Shown in pieces: positions 26,560 through 41,517 of a stretch of DNA of 64,000 nucleotides. The stretch covers positions 6,386,001-6,450,000 of the forward strand of contig OZ024746.1 of the NCBI GenBank assembly GCA_964016885.1. Reading direction: 5' to 3'. Every line of letters starts with the position of its first letter. Positions within the stretch are counted from its first letter, which is position 1. This stretch comes from Eledone cirrhosa. Lineage: Eukaryota. The position numbers were made by a program, and so were the translations under genes. The notes under the pieces were generated by a model. It searched no databases, was not told where the DNA came from, and saw only the letters and a list, made by a program, of their open reading frames with translations.

Positions 26560-27320
26560 CGCATATGTTTTACCATTAAATTTGAACATATGTTCCTTAA
26601 GGGTTAATTTTATGCTGGCCCCTACCGCATGTGCAATCATTTTCTTCAGTTCATCGTGGTTTTCGGGTGTCCGTATGGCTCTGGTCCACCCGTTCCATCT
26701 ATCTGTGTGGGTTTTCTTGGCCATTGAGGTAATGGTAGGTGGTCTGCCTCTTGCTGGTCTTGTAGGGCACAGGTTGCTAAGGTCATAAGTGTATAGGTAA
26801 CTATTACTATGGGTAAGCTTAAGTAGAAGTCCCAGCTCACTGGTATCAATCCCACGGAACTCAACCTTGCTCTCGCTGATCATTTCTACGCATTTCTCCA
26901 CAGCAAAATCCACGTCAATAGATGGATACAGGGACACAACATCCATACTGTCTATTATGCAGTTTGTTAGGTCCCCAGATCGGTTACCCGCGCCGATTCT
27001 GCTGAGGAGGTCCTCCGTGCTGTCACACACATCTGGGGACATCTCAATGATGGGGCGTATGATCAGGGAGATGAAGTAGGACAGTCTGTAGTTACTAGCA
27101 ATGTTAGCCCCACAGACTGGCCGTGTTGGTGGTCCCGCGACAGGGTCCCAGCCCGTTTTATGGTCTTTTCGAAGCCCATACAACGCCGGCACGTCATTGT
27201 TCCAGGCCTGGAAGTTGTTGGCAGTCCTTTTGTTGGGCTGCATTATATTCGTCCACATCACCATATGGGCATTGAGGGCTTTTTCTCTATCCTCATGCTC
27301 CTGTGGTGTTACCTCTCTCC
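26560..27320 (-). pseudogene. PLE reverse transcriptase fragment (Neptune-like), inverted relative to its 3' end
   Basis: PALYGLRKDHK, PPTRPVCGA, LSYFISLIIRPI, STEDLL, SMDVVSLYPSID, HMFKFNGKTY. Confidence 0.85.
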
Positions 27321-27321
27321 A

Positions 27322-27526
27322 AGATAATAAAGAATCATCTGTGCTCTACCAACATGCTAAGATAGAACACAGGGGTAGATTAGAGAACATAGAAATAAAA
27401 ATAGAATCCACACACAGAAAAGACGCAATGTTTAGGCAAATTACAGAGGCAGTAAGCATAAAAGAATTAAAACCAAAATTAAATAGAAAATATGAGTGGA
27501 ACAGCAACATCACAACTTACAATTAA
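27322..27526 (+). pseudogene. PLE GIY-YIG C-terminus
   Basis: SVLYQHAKIEH...DAMFRQITEAVSIKELKPKLNRKYEW, followed by a CA-rich 3' region with a ~63-bp duplication. Confidence 0.75.
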
Positions 27527-27811
27527 GGACAAAATGAAAACACACACACACATAGAACAAACAACTTACAATTGAAAACACACACAAAATGAAAACACAC
27601 ACAGGACAAAATGAAAACACACACACACATAGAACAAACAACCAACCAACAATAAATAAATAAATAAATAAACAAATAGATAAATGAACACAAACACACA
27701 CAGACACCCGGATGTGGCGCATGCGCAAACTGAGCACACAACACACACACAGAAACAAAATGGCGTAGGATAGAAGAAAGGAAAGGCACAGAAACAAAGA
27801 AAGGAATCCCC

Positions 27812-27856
27812 AGTCACTGAAGAGGTCACAGAGTGTGTGACGAAAGGACTATGACT
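27812..27856 (+). ncRNA. Minimal hammerhead ribozyme in the PLE 3' region
   Basis: AGTCA-CTGAAGA-G GTCACA[GAGTG]TGTGAC-GAAA-GGAC-TA-TGACT; stem I 5 bp, stem II 6 bp. Confidence 0.8.
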
Positions 27857-28018
27857 ATATATAAACAACTATCTGGTTGTGGAACCAACCAACCAACCAG
27901 AAATTTATAAGTTTGTAAATTTGTAAATTTATAAATTTATAAATATATAATAAATTGAAGTGAAAGCAACTGGTGCGTGTGTTTCTTATTGGCAACATGA
28001 CCCTCCCAAAGTATAACA

Positions 28019-28059
<41 letters not shown>

Positions 28060-28379
28060 TGTGTGTATGTGTGTGTAGTCAATTTTGTATGGCTATGGCT
28101 CTTGCTGTGGCATAATGCATTCTGAATATAGTCAACCTCTTTGTTTAATGTAGTAATATTTACAAAGAATGGGGAAAAAATAGCTCTACTTCTTCATGAT
28201 ACATACAGAAATCGCAAACACAAGGTTCTGAAAACTTTCGCTAAGTACAAACTACTCACTCCCTACGGACAACTGACGTTGCACACCAGGTCCGAACACG
28301 GAAGAGCCAAACTCCCACTGCCATCACCTCCATCTCTCTCACCTTCCTCATCTCTCTGTATTATGAACAAATGGGGTCC

Positions 28380-28495
28380 CACATGCTGGCCGCCCCACGG
28401 CCCCGGCGAAAAGAATGGAGAAGGTGTTTCCCCGGAGGATGGTGAGGGAGATGCATTTGAAAAGCCATTCCATCTCGCGAAGGTCACACCTGAGG
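28380..28495 (-). pseudogene. CRE-clade LINE 3' end fragment
   Basis: DLREMEWLFKCISLTILRGNTFSILFAGAVGRP. Confidence 0.72.
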
Positions 28496-29947
28496 CTGGC
28501 CAGTGGTGGTAAGTAGGGAGGTAGCCCTTGGGCCAAGGACACCAGAAGTCTCCACTGCTAGGGGCTATGAATGAAATGTTTATTTAACTTCGACATACAG
28601 TTACTTATTAGAAAAGAATTCAATTCTTAGCTAATTATTATAAGACAAATATGGTTTTGTCAATTTCAACATTATAGTGTCTCAAGTTAACCATTGACTG
28701 TTTCTTGTTCAAAATGTATAATGTCTATTTAAACATGGCATGTCATTTCCATGGTGGTGATTATTATACGTAAACGTTGGAAGCACGTTTTAGGATTGTA
28801 TGAAATAAAAAGCTTCTAAATAGTAAATGTTTCGTGTGTATATATTAACAAGAGACAAAACTTGCTATAAATAATAAGATTAACAGCATATATATTAAAT
28901 ATATCTATGAATTCGTCTCTTAGAGTAAGTAATATGATTACATGTTTATACTTGAATATGCTAGCAATTGTTTTCATTCTTAAACTTTATTTGCATTTGT
29001 GTTAGAAATATTTAATACGAGAAAAGAAAAACTATACATTTATACAGCAAACTAATAACGAAAATATAGAACATGTCTTTATAAACGTTCGTGCAAAAAT
29101 AAATGTCTTTTAATGTGTATTTGTAAATATGCATACCATATAATGTATGTGTATTTAAGATTTTAAAGAAATATTAACTACATATAAATTTTTGCTTGTT
29201 CATTGTGACTACCATAGAAATCATCGTTGAGAGAATCATCAAACGTTTTCTATGAAACGTGTTTCAATCTGATATTTCGTAATGTTTAAACTATCATAGT
29301 TGATTAGCTTCGACAACTTTCAGGCATTCACGCTATATGTTATACTAATAACAAATACTTATACTTTTATGCTCCTATTTTTATTAGTCGGTCTCTCATA
29401 TAACAAAATTCTAACACGTTGCGTGTAAACTATATATTCTCGATTGTAAGCCAGTTCTAACAAAATAGTAAAAGCGAAATGTTTAGGTTGATAAGAATAT
29501 ATTTTGTAACAGGATTATTGAGAAAACAAATCGACTTCCTAAATCTATCTCACAACCATTCTTTTCCTTTTTTCCTTCTTTTTACCACGTTCATGTCTCC
29601 CACTCTCGTTTTCTTTGCAATTCTGTAAGTACATATATTTTTTGCGTGTATGCACGTAATGAATCTCTAAGTTGTTGAAAGGGTTCTTAGGTATCATATG
29701 AAAATGGTGTTCGATGTAAAGTTATATTCGTGTACTAAAACACATATTTGTATTTTACAAACATGCAATTTTGTTCCAATAAGCGTATTAACAAAAACAT
29801 CTTGTAAACTTGAGTAAACGCTGCACATTTATCTCTCTTCATTTGGATTGGCAAGCAACTAGCAAAGCGGTCGCATCAATATCAAATTCCAGAACTAACA
29901 CTTTCACTAGTTATTGGCTGTCCATGGACAATCTACAGTCCACATAC

Positions 29948-29995
<48 letters not shown>

Positions 29996-29998
<3 letters not shown>

Positions 29999-30130
29999 GC
30001 TCCGGCATCACTTTGACAATGTTTTGAGAGCCTTGGGAAAGGCACTGATGTCAACTACCTGATTTCAGCAAGGCCTTTGACAGGGTTGATCATAAGATTC
30101 TACTGAAAAAGCTATCCAATATCGGTGTCT
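29996..30130 (+). pseudogene. CR1/L2-type RT fragment
   Basis: HFDNVLRALGKGTDVNYL, then a frameshift, then DFSKAFDRVDHKILLKKL. Confidence 0.75.
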
Positions 30131-33100
30131 TTAGTCCAAAAATAGCCGTCGAAACAGCTTGAGCTCTGCCGTCGGGGTCATACTTTCTCCTATATATATA
30201 TATATATATATATATATTGCAAATTCAATACCGAATCTATGCATCTATACTACTGAATAACCGTACAGTTGTTGCTACAAATTACTACATCTTTATAAAG
30301 ACAGAATTAATATATATTAGGAATTCACACCTTTTATACTTGGATCACAAGGAAAATTATCTACTATAGAAGTATCATACGAATTAAATCATTATTAATC
30401 TGAAGAAGAAAAATCAAAATTAAATTAGGAAAAAGGTAGAACAGGGGGGGGGGGAGAAGTAGAAGATGAGCAGAAGAGGAAAAATAAGAAAGATATATTT
30501 CTTCTCTTCTACATTCGTTTCTATCGTACATCGCCATTGTATTAGAGCGCATGCCAAGTATTAGCAACTTGTTTGCATTGATTTTTATATGGCTAATACT
30601 TGAATAGTTTCACCATATTTCTTACAATTATTTCTTTATATTTTATTCAATAATCCACTATTTTTATTTTACAATGTTTGTGCATTGTATAATTCTTTGT
30701 TTTTCTATTCTTAATTTGAGTGTGTATTGTATATCTAATTGTATCTCTAAAGTGGTTTCTCCCTTAGCTATGAAAACATCTTCTATACATCTTCTATATT
30801 ACATTATTATTCACTTACTGTATTTATGTGATGTATTATGTACTTGTGTATTTTGATTTCTTTATGCATATTACCTGCTTTATGCTGGCAAAATATCTAT
30901 TTTATTCTATGTCTCTTTCTTGAGACTAATTATAGTTTATTCAATTATTATAAATGGTTTTTATATTAATTTTGATTTGTTGCTTTTCTTATGTTTTGAC
31001 TGTTACAGTCATAATTCCCTTTTTCCTCATTTTATGTTTCTGTTTTATTAACTATGCATTGCTCCTGCTCATGTCAGATAAATGTACATCTATATATTAT
31101 ACTAAGCGGAAATTTGACAGGAACGTTTCGGTTATCCACTCTCTGAGTTCAAATCCCGCCGAGGTCAACTGCCTTTTATCCACTCAAGGTTTATAAACAA
31201 AATACCAGTCAAGTACTGGAGTCAATTCTTCCTCTATATCTCTTTTTCACTTCCATTCTCTCACTTTCGATCTTTCTTTGAAAGAAATCTGCTGTATTTA
31301 GACTTGAAGAGGAGAAACTCTAAGAGGTTTCAATAAAGCCCTAGAAACGCCGTATGTCATTACAGCAGCAGTACGCCTCCATCAGGAGTTACCGACCTAT
31401 ACATACTTACATATATGATATTACATTGTCCTTCTCCTCCTCCTCCTACTCCTACTCCTACTCCTCCTACTCCTCCTCCTCCTCCTCATACAGTTAGAAT
31501 TATTTTAATCTAGTTTTGACACGTCTTGTTTACATCGCACTAAGAAAAAGGACTAAGCCTACATTTCCAATGCACAGTTTTCATTCACCCACGCCAATTC
31601 GTGTGACAGGTCATAACACCTTACAATCCACTCCACCATATCTATTAATTGTAGGAAATTGTTATATATTTAATTTAATCTTATAAATTTGCATAAAACT
31701 CTGATTATGTAACGTTCAGTAAAGTGTCTTTATTTAGATTTATTTTATTGCAAATCTGCATGTAAACATAAGCACGCATATTTCACTACTGATTATCACA
31801 GTACACAATATTGTTCAATATAATTTTCCATAACTCTTGTGGAATACCTTGTGTATTTCCAAATCTTTGCATTTATATATTAAAAATAATCTTTTGAGTG
31901 TTTACATCTTATTCAAGTAGCTTCATCTTTAGTCAGTGGGTATGCACTCCCTACCAGATGTTGATAAACATATTGAAACGAATAATGCAAAGTTTGTAAA
32001 GAAAATCTGAAAAAAGAAAACAAGATATTTGAACAAACAAATATAATAGACAATTTAATATGTGAATGAAAAAAACCCGCTATTGATATTAGCGTTAATA
32101 GTAAAAGCAACAATACTAATCAAAGAGTTAGAGTGAGCTACTAGATACACGTCGGTTCCCGTGTGCATTGTTGAACGAGAAATATATCCCAAAACGACTA
32201 AGACAGAGAGTCACATCAACTTCGGCTTGACCTCCGTTTCCATATGTCTTCGAAGAAAAACATGGAATAAATCCCAGTCAATGTGTGGCAGTTTTATCGA
32301 ATTGTCGAGAGACGATATATGGAAACGAAGCGATATGACAAGTGGAATTCATACACCCTACCATAGACAACAAGATCCTGTTGTAATATTTGGAATGTCG
32401 AAATAGAACCATTACTACCTTGGGGTTGGTAGTGACTCTGACGTTTGGCTTTTCATCACCTTTATGGCTGAGTGTGGGCAAGAGAGAAACGGGGGCTTCT
32501 CCTGGATGCCAACAAAAGCTGAAGGGTCATTTGAACTACCTAGGGGAGGATAGGAATAGTGGTCTGTTGATCCTGTAGGAGATTGGGTTAAACTTTATTG
32601 AACAGTTAAATGATAGTTTACTGGTGGAACCATGGATACATATAAACTTTGAGAGAATTTGCCAGATTTCGAGCCTAGTCCAAAACCGAGAATGCTCCCG
32701 AAGAGAAAGGCCAGATTTTAATAACAGGAGCGACTATGTGTTTACTTTATATTCCACACTGTACTAACCCAGATGACGGCTTCCCGGTCATGTTTTCATA
32801 TAATATATATTTCCCATATTAGTAGCTATCATATAACTATGTGTGTTCATCTTCACATGTCTTGTTATTGTTATTGTTGTTGCTGCTGTTGCTGTTGTTG
32901 CTTTGCTGCATTCGTTAGAAACATTAGTTTAATGTAAGACAACATACTTGGCGTTAATTAGCTACGCTCATTTACACACTTATTTCGAATATTTGTACGT
33001 TCTTTCACCCTTCCAGAGTTTTTAAAATTATAAGTCTCAGTCATGTACTGAAGTCGATTGTATCGACTAATTCCCCCTCTGAGCTCGTGTCTGTGCTAGA

Positions 33101-34134
33101 AACCTTTGTCAACATATTTTCACTCTACATATAAAGGTGGAGTATATTCCGACGTCTTCAGCACATAAACTGATCTCAATTTTCGGTTAGATCCAATTTG
33201 GTATAAAGACAGATGTCACAACATTTTATATCTCATGTTCTGTAGATCTAGGGCCTAGCACCAAATTAAAACAAAACAATATCAATCTCTAATTCTCACG
33301 TAAATGGTCAATTTTGATTTTCACATCAGAGCTGTTTAATTAATATTGTTAATACTCATGAGGAAAGACAAATCTGAGTCTTTGGTCATAGACACGAAAT
33401 TATTGTATATGTGTTATTGATATTTTTAGTTTCAGTGTGGATTAGAAGCAGATGATATCGATTAGTATGGGGGTGATTTAATGCAGTTAGTTTGTGTACT
33501 TCCGTTTCTATATTCAAATCTCACTGGTATGGATGCTCTTCAAATAACAAAAATCAATTCAATCACTTATTACAATATAAACAAAAGAAGACATAGCAAT
33601 ATATTTCAAAAGAATATATTCTCGTATTATTATCAATATTTTAATTTTAAAAAAATATAATTAGACATGTAAAAAATATATAAACTATAAAATAAAAGAT
33701 AAATTTAATGAAACAAATTCAAGTTCAAATCGTCAAAAGAATCAATAGAATCTATTTTGTTTTGATCGTTTAGTTCTGAAAATAAAATTATTTCACTGGA
33801 ACATTTCTGAAATGACGGAATATGTTTTTATTGAGGTGGTTTGCTTTCCTCACTTTTCTGTATACGTCAGCTGTAAGATTGAGTGTTACGCTACAAATAT
33901 ACTGAAGAACTATCAAAGAAAGAAAACATGAAATAAAATCCAAATAACCAGCTAAATACAAAAGTCCTTTTATTAAAAGCATTGCCAATCATTTCCCAGG
34001 GTGATATGTGAGATTGATTTTTGTTTCAAATGATCAATGATCAATATATACACATACAACTAAGACTAGAAACGTTGATTTCATAAATAAGTGTATGACA
34101 CACATATATATATGAAGATGAAGTGTCCGTATGA

Positions 34135-34180
<46 letters not shown>

Positions 34181-34209
34181 TCTTTTTATATTTTTATATT
34201 ATAATAAAG

Positions 34210-34277
<68 letters not shown>

Positions 34278-35700
34278 ATTATGATATAAAAATATAAAAA
34301 GTACCCAATATAATTTTTCGTGGTACGGGAAGTGTATTGACCGCAGTATATTGACCGCAGATGTCAAACCAGTTGATCTCGGATCGATGTTACATATAAC
34401 AAGAACGGAAATAAATGTGTTTCATTTGTTATGCAATATTTTCCGTGCAAAGATGGAGCCATATTTCACGTTATTTTCGACATTTTGATCAGGATTTTCT
34501 TCCTGTTACAACATTTTAAAAAGTCACTAAATTCTTTACAATATCGATTTCTAAGAAAGTCTGTAATATACACAGACCGGCATCAATAGCTTTATTAAAA
34601 GTGACTCACATTCTTTTACAATATGAATATTTTTTTTTTACAAATATTGAGAAATCAAAAAGTACATATTTAGGTGAAAATATTAAAAGCGCTTGAGAAA
34701 CTATCGTTGCTATCCAAAATATGTACTTAACAGTACTAACTGTCACAAAACATGTTGAAGACAGTATGGTATATGTCTGAAATTTAAAACTTTCTTTAAA
34801 AATATATGTTTGGTTGTTGCTTCCATTTCTTGAATCAACTGATTCGTAAAACTAGTTTTGTTCTCGTTTTTCCTGTCTTCTGTTACGGAAGAACTACTCC
34901 GCATTATTCCTATGAAGGAAAGAAGAAACTGGAGAAAATATATACAATTTTTCGAATCTATCTTTGAAACACCTGGAAATTTATTTATACACACATGTAT
35001 GTTATACTAATCTGAGAGCAAATGGCTTTATTGCACACTGCAGAAATGATCAGAAATATTTTATTGCTTAAAACCGCTAAACTTTATTAGAGCTAAATGA
35101 CAACAAAAGGATTATTTATAATCTTTTGGGGGAAGCTTGTGTATATTGCGGAGATATGTTTATTCCTAAAATAGTGAGGTTGTTAAACAATGGATTAGTT
35201 CTTGTTACATTTAAAAGGCAAGAATTGTAATGACAGAAAAAAAAGAAAATACAACATCCTTTTAAGATAAGAAAGGGCTTTAAAAATTATCCTTTTAACA
35301 GATATTACAAGATAGCTAGACAGCTATGTGAGTTTTATTGAGATTCAATGATAAATAATTTCGTAGTAAGAGGGAAGAAGAAAATAATGTAATTATTGGG
35401 AAGGGAGGAAGGAAAAGCAGTCTCTACGTCATAAGTTTACAGCGGAAAACAGCAGTTCGGAGACCGAGGACACCGGAAGTCTCAACGGTGACCAGCACGG
35501 AAAAGAAGCAGTCAGTTAAATCCCAGTATTTAAACATTGCATTACAGAACAAAATTAAGGTACATCAGATACAATTTCTTACACAAATTCTTTAAATATT
35601 AAATTAAATTTGTGGATTAGACAGTATCGCAAAAATGTCTTCTCATACTATTTAAATATTAAAGATACGTCTGATAGAATGAAAAGCTATCTATAACAAG

Positions 35701-35850
35701 TAATTGTTTCTACTTTTGGCACAAGGCCAGCAATTACCACAGTGTATTACTGGTACTTTATTTTATCGACCCCGTAAGGATGAAAGGCGAAGTTAACCTC
35801 GGCGGGATTTGAACTCAGACCATAAAGGGCTGTAACTTTTTGCTGCAAAT
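35701..35850 (-). mobile_element. SINE copy
   Basis: Consensus tail and B box. Confidence 0.88.
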
Positions 35851-35933
35851 TATGAGGTTTTGAAATGATTTCTCAGACAATATATTCAACCAATTTATAA
35901 ACTGACTTAAAGATTTTTATAAGATTTTTAAAA

Positions 35934-36272
35934 TACGAGGCTCAGCTGAAATATTCATAGGCCGACCAAGATACTCTCATGGAATGACTAAATGGGATTT
36001 ATTCTTCAACAGAGTCCCTGGAAAGAAACAGTGTAGTTATTAATAAGAAGAGTTGAAATTAATGCATGCAAGATTTTACAGTTCTAGCATCACTCTTTCA
36101 CAGGCTGACCAAGATCCTCTTATGGAATTACCAAATGAGGTTTATTTTTAAACGTCCATTGAAAGAATCAATGCAGTTATTAAGAAGAGTTGAAATTAAT
36201 GCATGCAAGATTTCACAGCACTAGCATCACTGCTTCATAGTCAGTTGTTGAACCTTTCAGCCGATCCTCGTA
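35934..36272. mobile_element. Tc1/mariner-type MITE with an internal ~135-bp duplication
   Basis: TA-CGAGGCTCAGCTGAAATATTCA ... TGAACCTTTCAGCCGATCCTCG-TA are imperfect terminal inverted repeats with TA at both ends. Confidence 0.72.
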
Positions 36273-37042
36273 TGTAATTCTTTGATTTTCCCATTTGGTG
36301 TCAATGTGTGTGAAGATTTTGGAAAACCATTAGTTTGACTTTCGTTGATTTACAGCTGGAGAATATTGATTTAGAAAAGGACATGGTGTTTTAAACTCTT
36401 ACCAAAAATCTGATATGTAGAGATATTGATTTCTGACAAGTAGCCGTAGTTGAAAAATACTCATCATCAAATTTTGTCATGTTTTGGAAGTACATATTTG
36501 TGTGAAGTATCTTTTCTCACATGAATTAAATTAATCTAAATATTGAAGAAGGTATGACGAATATGTAATTCGACCGCTACCTGTGTTTAGTTACTAGTAA
36601 TCACCACCATGATTATGTAAAAACTGATGAAGATAACACACTTTCTGTTATCATATTGATTTTAATAAAATAATTAATATTTTTCTAAAACTCTTTTTAC
36701 TATGTCCCTTGGTCATTGATTTGGAAACAATTTGTTGTAGTAGTTGCGATGTTAATAAGGTTATTTCGAAGTCATTATTGAAAGAATTAATAGGACTAAT
36801 ATGATGAGTGTTTTCAATAAGAGTAAGGACTTTTGTTTTGTGGTGGTTTGGTTACTTTTAGCATCGGGCTACTTCCCCAATATAACAGGTTTTCAAGACA
36901 CATATTATAGCACGGAAGAATTAGCAGTCAAGTTAATGTATTTATTGAGGAAGTTAAAAGAAGATTACACATTAGACAATATCATCATAAAAAAGTTAAC
37001 ACGAGACTTTTCTTTTAAAAATAGCGTAAGTGGGGGGGCAAA

Positions 37043-37258
37043 TGGTTTCTGGTTTAGGCTCAAGGCTAACAATTTCGTGGGGAGGGGAAATTGATTAATT
37101 TAATCCCAGTGCATTACTGGTGCTCTATTTTATCGACCTTGAAAGGAGGAAAGGCAAAGCTAACCTCGCCGGGTTTGAACTCAAAACGTAAAGGGTCATA
37201 ACTTTATATCGCAAGCATGTTATCCGACACTCTACCGACACTGCCAACTCACCACCCT
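37043..37258 (-). mobile_element. SINE, full length, diverged
   Basis: Matches the consensus from tail to head (CTGCCAACTCACCACCC). Confidence 0.82.
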
Positions 37259-38106
37259 CGTAAAGGGAAATAATAAAACAATTTGTGGATATTTAGGGCT
37301 TACAATTGCGTAATTGATGGCTGAGGGTTGGCGACGATGTGATAGAGAAGGGCAAGTTTTTAAGGGTTAGTGGTTTATAATATTAAAAGTTTAATACTGT
37401 TAATATTATAGTTTTGATTTATTTATTAAATTGAATTTGTTAATCATGAAGGTATGGGGTCATTCATGAGTTAATTAGAGGCCCGAGGTGGGCTATGTGT
37501 TATGGATTGACTAAGGGCATGTGTGATTCGTGCAATTTTTGTTATGGGTAGGATTGATGTTTGACCTACGTGGAATGAGGTGGGAATTTGGCTGTTGATA
37601 AGAATTGTAATTGTTTGGGGAAGAGATTGAGAGGTTTGGACACATGGATGTCATGGATGGAATCTGATAGAATTAGTGGTCCTGACTCTGGCCACTTCAG
37701 TTAGTAAGCACATATGGTAATCTCCTCGTCGTTTCTATAATTAATACGCTGGAATATTCGTTAGGAATTGTACATACCTGGTATTCCAGTGAAATAATAT
37801 TTGAATAATATATATATTGTTTTTACTTCTTCATTGTTTGTAATGTATTATCAATTAATTTATGTTATTTCATACTGTGTCTTGTCAAGTTATGACCAGT
37901 TGTGTGATCAGTGGCAATATGCGAAACTCAGAATGGCAATATAGAGTAATCTGAATATTATAATAAATATATATTTTCTACTTTAGTATTGAGCAATTTT
38001 CCTCGTGCTGGTGCCTGATCGTGACCTGTTTATTCGCCTGTACTTACATTTATATATCAGCTGTGCTAGGGCGAGAAATAAAACTATAATTTTATTTTTA
38101 CATATA

Positions 38107-38144
<38 letters not shown>

Positions 38145-39122
38145 TAAGTGCATGTGTGTCTCTGTTTTTGTGTGTATTTGTGTGTGTGTCTGTGGATTTA
38201 AGTGTGTGTGTCTGTGGATTTAAGTGTGTGTGTGTGTGTGTGTGTTGGTGTTCGTGACTATTGATCTCCATACAATTTTGAACAAAATGTTTCTTTCATA
38301 TTTCTAAAGGTTGTGCATGTCTGGTATAAATGTTTGTATAATGTTAATCAATGTGAGAAACATATCGATTACATAATCATAATCTGATCTGTGGTTAAAC
38401 TTGTTTGACTTGTCACTGGGTTGGATGTAATAACTGTGAACACTGTTTCGGTTAATGTCTACCATCCGTCATAATGCTCATGTTAAAAAGTTTCGAAGAT
38501 AGGGCACAAATTATATTTAAGATTAAATATGATATATGTAAGGCATAAGATGCATGACGTGACACGTCCTTCAAACTGGGCCTTATTTAAAATTACATGA
38601 GATCTTGGTGGTCTCCACTTTATCTCTTTTTCCACAAATGTACTTTGAAAATGAACGAGCTGATATGTTAGTGGGCGAGACTGTTGGAAGATTACGCTAT
38701 AAGTCAAATCTGTTGATGTAGGAATCCAGAAGACATTCTCTAGACAATAACATATTAGCGGCAATGGTTGGGTAAATGTAATACTGCAATATAATACTAT
38801 ATATCATTAAAATATTAGACTAAGTTTTGAGAACGGTTACGAGATAGCATCTTCCTGAAGTATTTAGAATACAAAGCATCAATTTATGCATCAATACATA
38901 ACCAAATCGTCGAACATCAACAACTTAATAGGTGCATTATCTTTCAGAGAAACTACATTCAACAGATTACATAGTGCTATAGCGAGACATTATCACACAT
39001 TGAAAACCATAAAGAAGAAAGTAGCCCCCCGCTTATTATATATATATAATCATAATTTCATAATAATATTTACATAGGTTTTTTTATCCAATGTTACTTC
39101 ATCCTTAATTATAGCACCAAAA

Positions 39123-39196
<74 letters not shown>

Positions 39197-39402
39197 TTAA
39201 CATATTCTGAGATATGTATGAATAAGTTTCAGTGCTAATATATTTATGTTTTCTATGTATGAACTTACATGTTTTTGTGTGAGTATTTGCATAGTGTGTA
39301 TGTGTATATATTTTATATTTGTTTATGTATTTATTTATATGTGCATGTGTATGCATATGTATATATGCAAGTGTATGTATGTTGTATATATACTTATATA
39401 TA

Positions 39403-39489
<87 letters not shown>

Positions 39490-39516
39490 ATGTATGCATA
39501 TAAATATGTATATATA

Positions 39517-39730
39517 GAAATTACAGGAATCAAAGTTCTGTTTAAACCATTTATTCGTTTACAATTGTTTCTTCCAAACCGAGGTTTGAAGTCTTCGGAG
39601 CAATTTTTCAATGATTGTTTACATACTTGACCTCCTTTCCAACACAAGAGACATACAGAAACCTATGTATATATTGATGCACAGTGGGTTGACATCCATT
39701 ATAATATTTAAGCATGGCAATTTACATTTA
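39517..39730 (-). mobile_element. Diverged solo 3' terminus of the Naiad-type PLE with CCGAAGA HHR motif
   Basis: Reverse complement aligns by eye to 10480-10692. Confidence 0.75.
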
Positions 39731-39942
39731 AAGATTAAAGTCATATTAAAAGAAAACAAAATTGAAGTTAAAATACAACATTGGCAGTTTACGAAGAAAA
39801 TGCAAGATGATAGTTAGAAGTAGTTAGTGTATGCAATAGTTACACGTGGGGTTTAAAATATATATAACTATAAAAGGTTTTAGTATATACATAACCATAA
39901 ATAGTATCCTTAATACTAAATATGTATATATATATATGTGTG

Positions 39943-40001
<59 letters not shown>

Positions 40002-40009
<8 letters not shown>

Positions 40010-40132
40010 TAACAGATTAAAGTTTAAGCAAAGAATCGCTGCTTTCACCCTTAACGGGATCTTCTGTTAAGGATCACCGTTAAGGGTGAAAGCAGCGATT
40101 CTTTGCTTAAACTTTAATCTGTTATTTTAATA
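40002..40132. mobile_element. Fold-back element after (TA)n
   Basis: TATTAAAATAACAG...CACCCTTAACGG is mirrored after a ~19-nt spacer. A single arm also occurs at ~42962-43015. Confidence 0.85.
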
Positions 40133-40419
40133 AATATTTGCTCTACGGTTCTTATATATTTGATATATATTTATATATATATATATTAGTTTTTTGCGAG
40201 GTTTTTGATATGAAATCGTGTGTCGAAACAAATATTGTTATACTTGGGGAGGGTCATATTGTTGTAATTGAGGACCGAATAAATTAACTGATATAAAAGA
40301 TACTGAAGCGAAAACCAACCGAACAGTGAGTGTGTTCTGTTATTAATTCTGGCAATATTATTACAACAATATGACCCTCCCCAAGTATAACAATATATAT
40401 ATATATATATATATATAAA

Positions 40420-40666
40420 GGATAAAGACCCTCTTCAGTCACCAAGTTGCCTTCCAAGAAACAAGTCCGGGCAAAGTTGTTTGTGGAAGACCAACAGTCG
40501 CCCATGCTTACCACCCCCACCCCAGTGACATCGCAACCCATTTCTACAGCTGAGTAAACAGGAGCAACGTGAAATAAAGTGTCTTGCTCAAGGACACAAT
40601 ACACCACCCGGTCCGAGAATTGAACTCTCAACCTCTCGATTTCAAGCCCAATGCTCTAACCACCTT
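40420..40666 (-). mobile_element. Second SINE family with a CORE-like central domain
   Basis: Reverse strand has a B box GAGTTCAATTCTC followed by GTGTCCTTGAGCAAGACACTT. Weaker relatives at ~2456-2550 and ~25980-26160. Confidence 0.7.
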
Positions 40667-40755
<89 letters not shown>

Positions 40756-40893
40756 ATATATGCATTTATAAATGCCTAATATGTGTAAATATATATATAT
40801 ATATATATGTACGTCCACATTGTATTTTTGTATTTATCTTTACTCCGACATATATATATATGTGTGCACGTGTGTATGTATGTGTGTGTGTGC

Positions 40894-40977
<84 letters not shown>

Positions 40978-41335
40978 ATGTGTGAATGTATGTGTTTAGA
41001 TATGCGTATGAGTGTATATATATATATATATATACACACGTACATATATGTGTGCGTGTTTATATATATTTGAATATATATGTGTCTGACTGTCTGGCCT
41101 TTTTTTATCTTTCTCTTAATGTAACCATGTATTTACTTTTCTTTTATTTTTTGTTCTTTATTTTATCTTTATTTTTATCATATATATATATATTGTTATA
41201 CTTTGGGAGGGTCATGTTGCCAATAAGAAACACATGCACCATGACCCTCCCAAAGTATAACAATATCGGTTTCAACACACGATTTCAGATAAAGAATCTT
41301 GCTAAACAAATTCAGAAACGAAATATATATATATT

Positions 41336-41428
<93 letters not shown>

Positions 41429-41517
41429 GTTCTATTTAAATTGTTGGGATACAACAAGCAAATGTTTTTATAACTGATATAAAGCACTCAATAAATAATT
41501 GGAGTAAAAATACGATA

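Noticed and set aside
40031-40070. HHR-like CAGAAGA-TCCC/GGGT-GAAAGC on the minus strand
   Set aside because: Altered core, with no stem I partner and no clear UH site.
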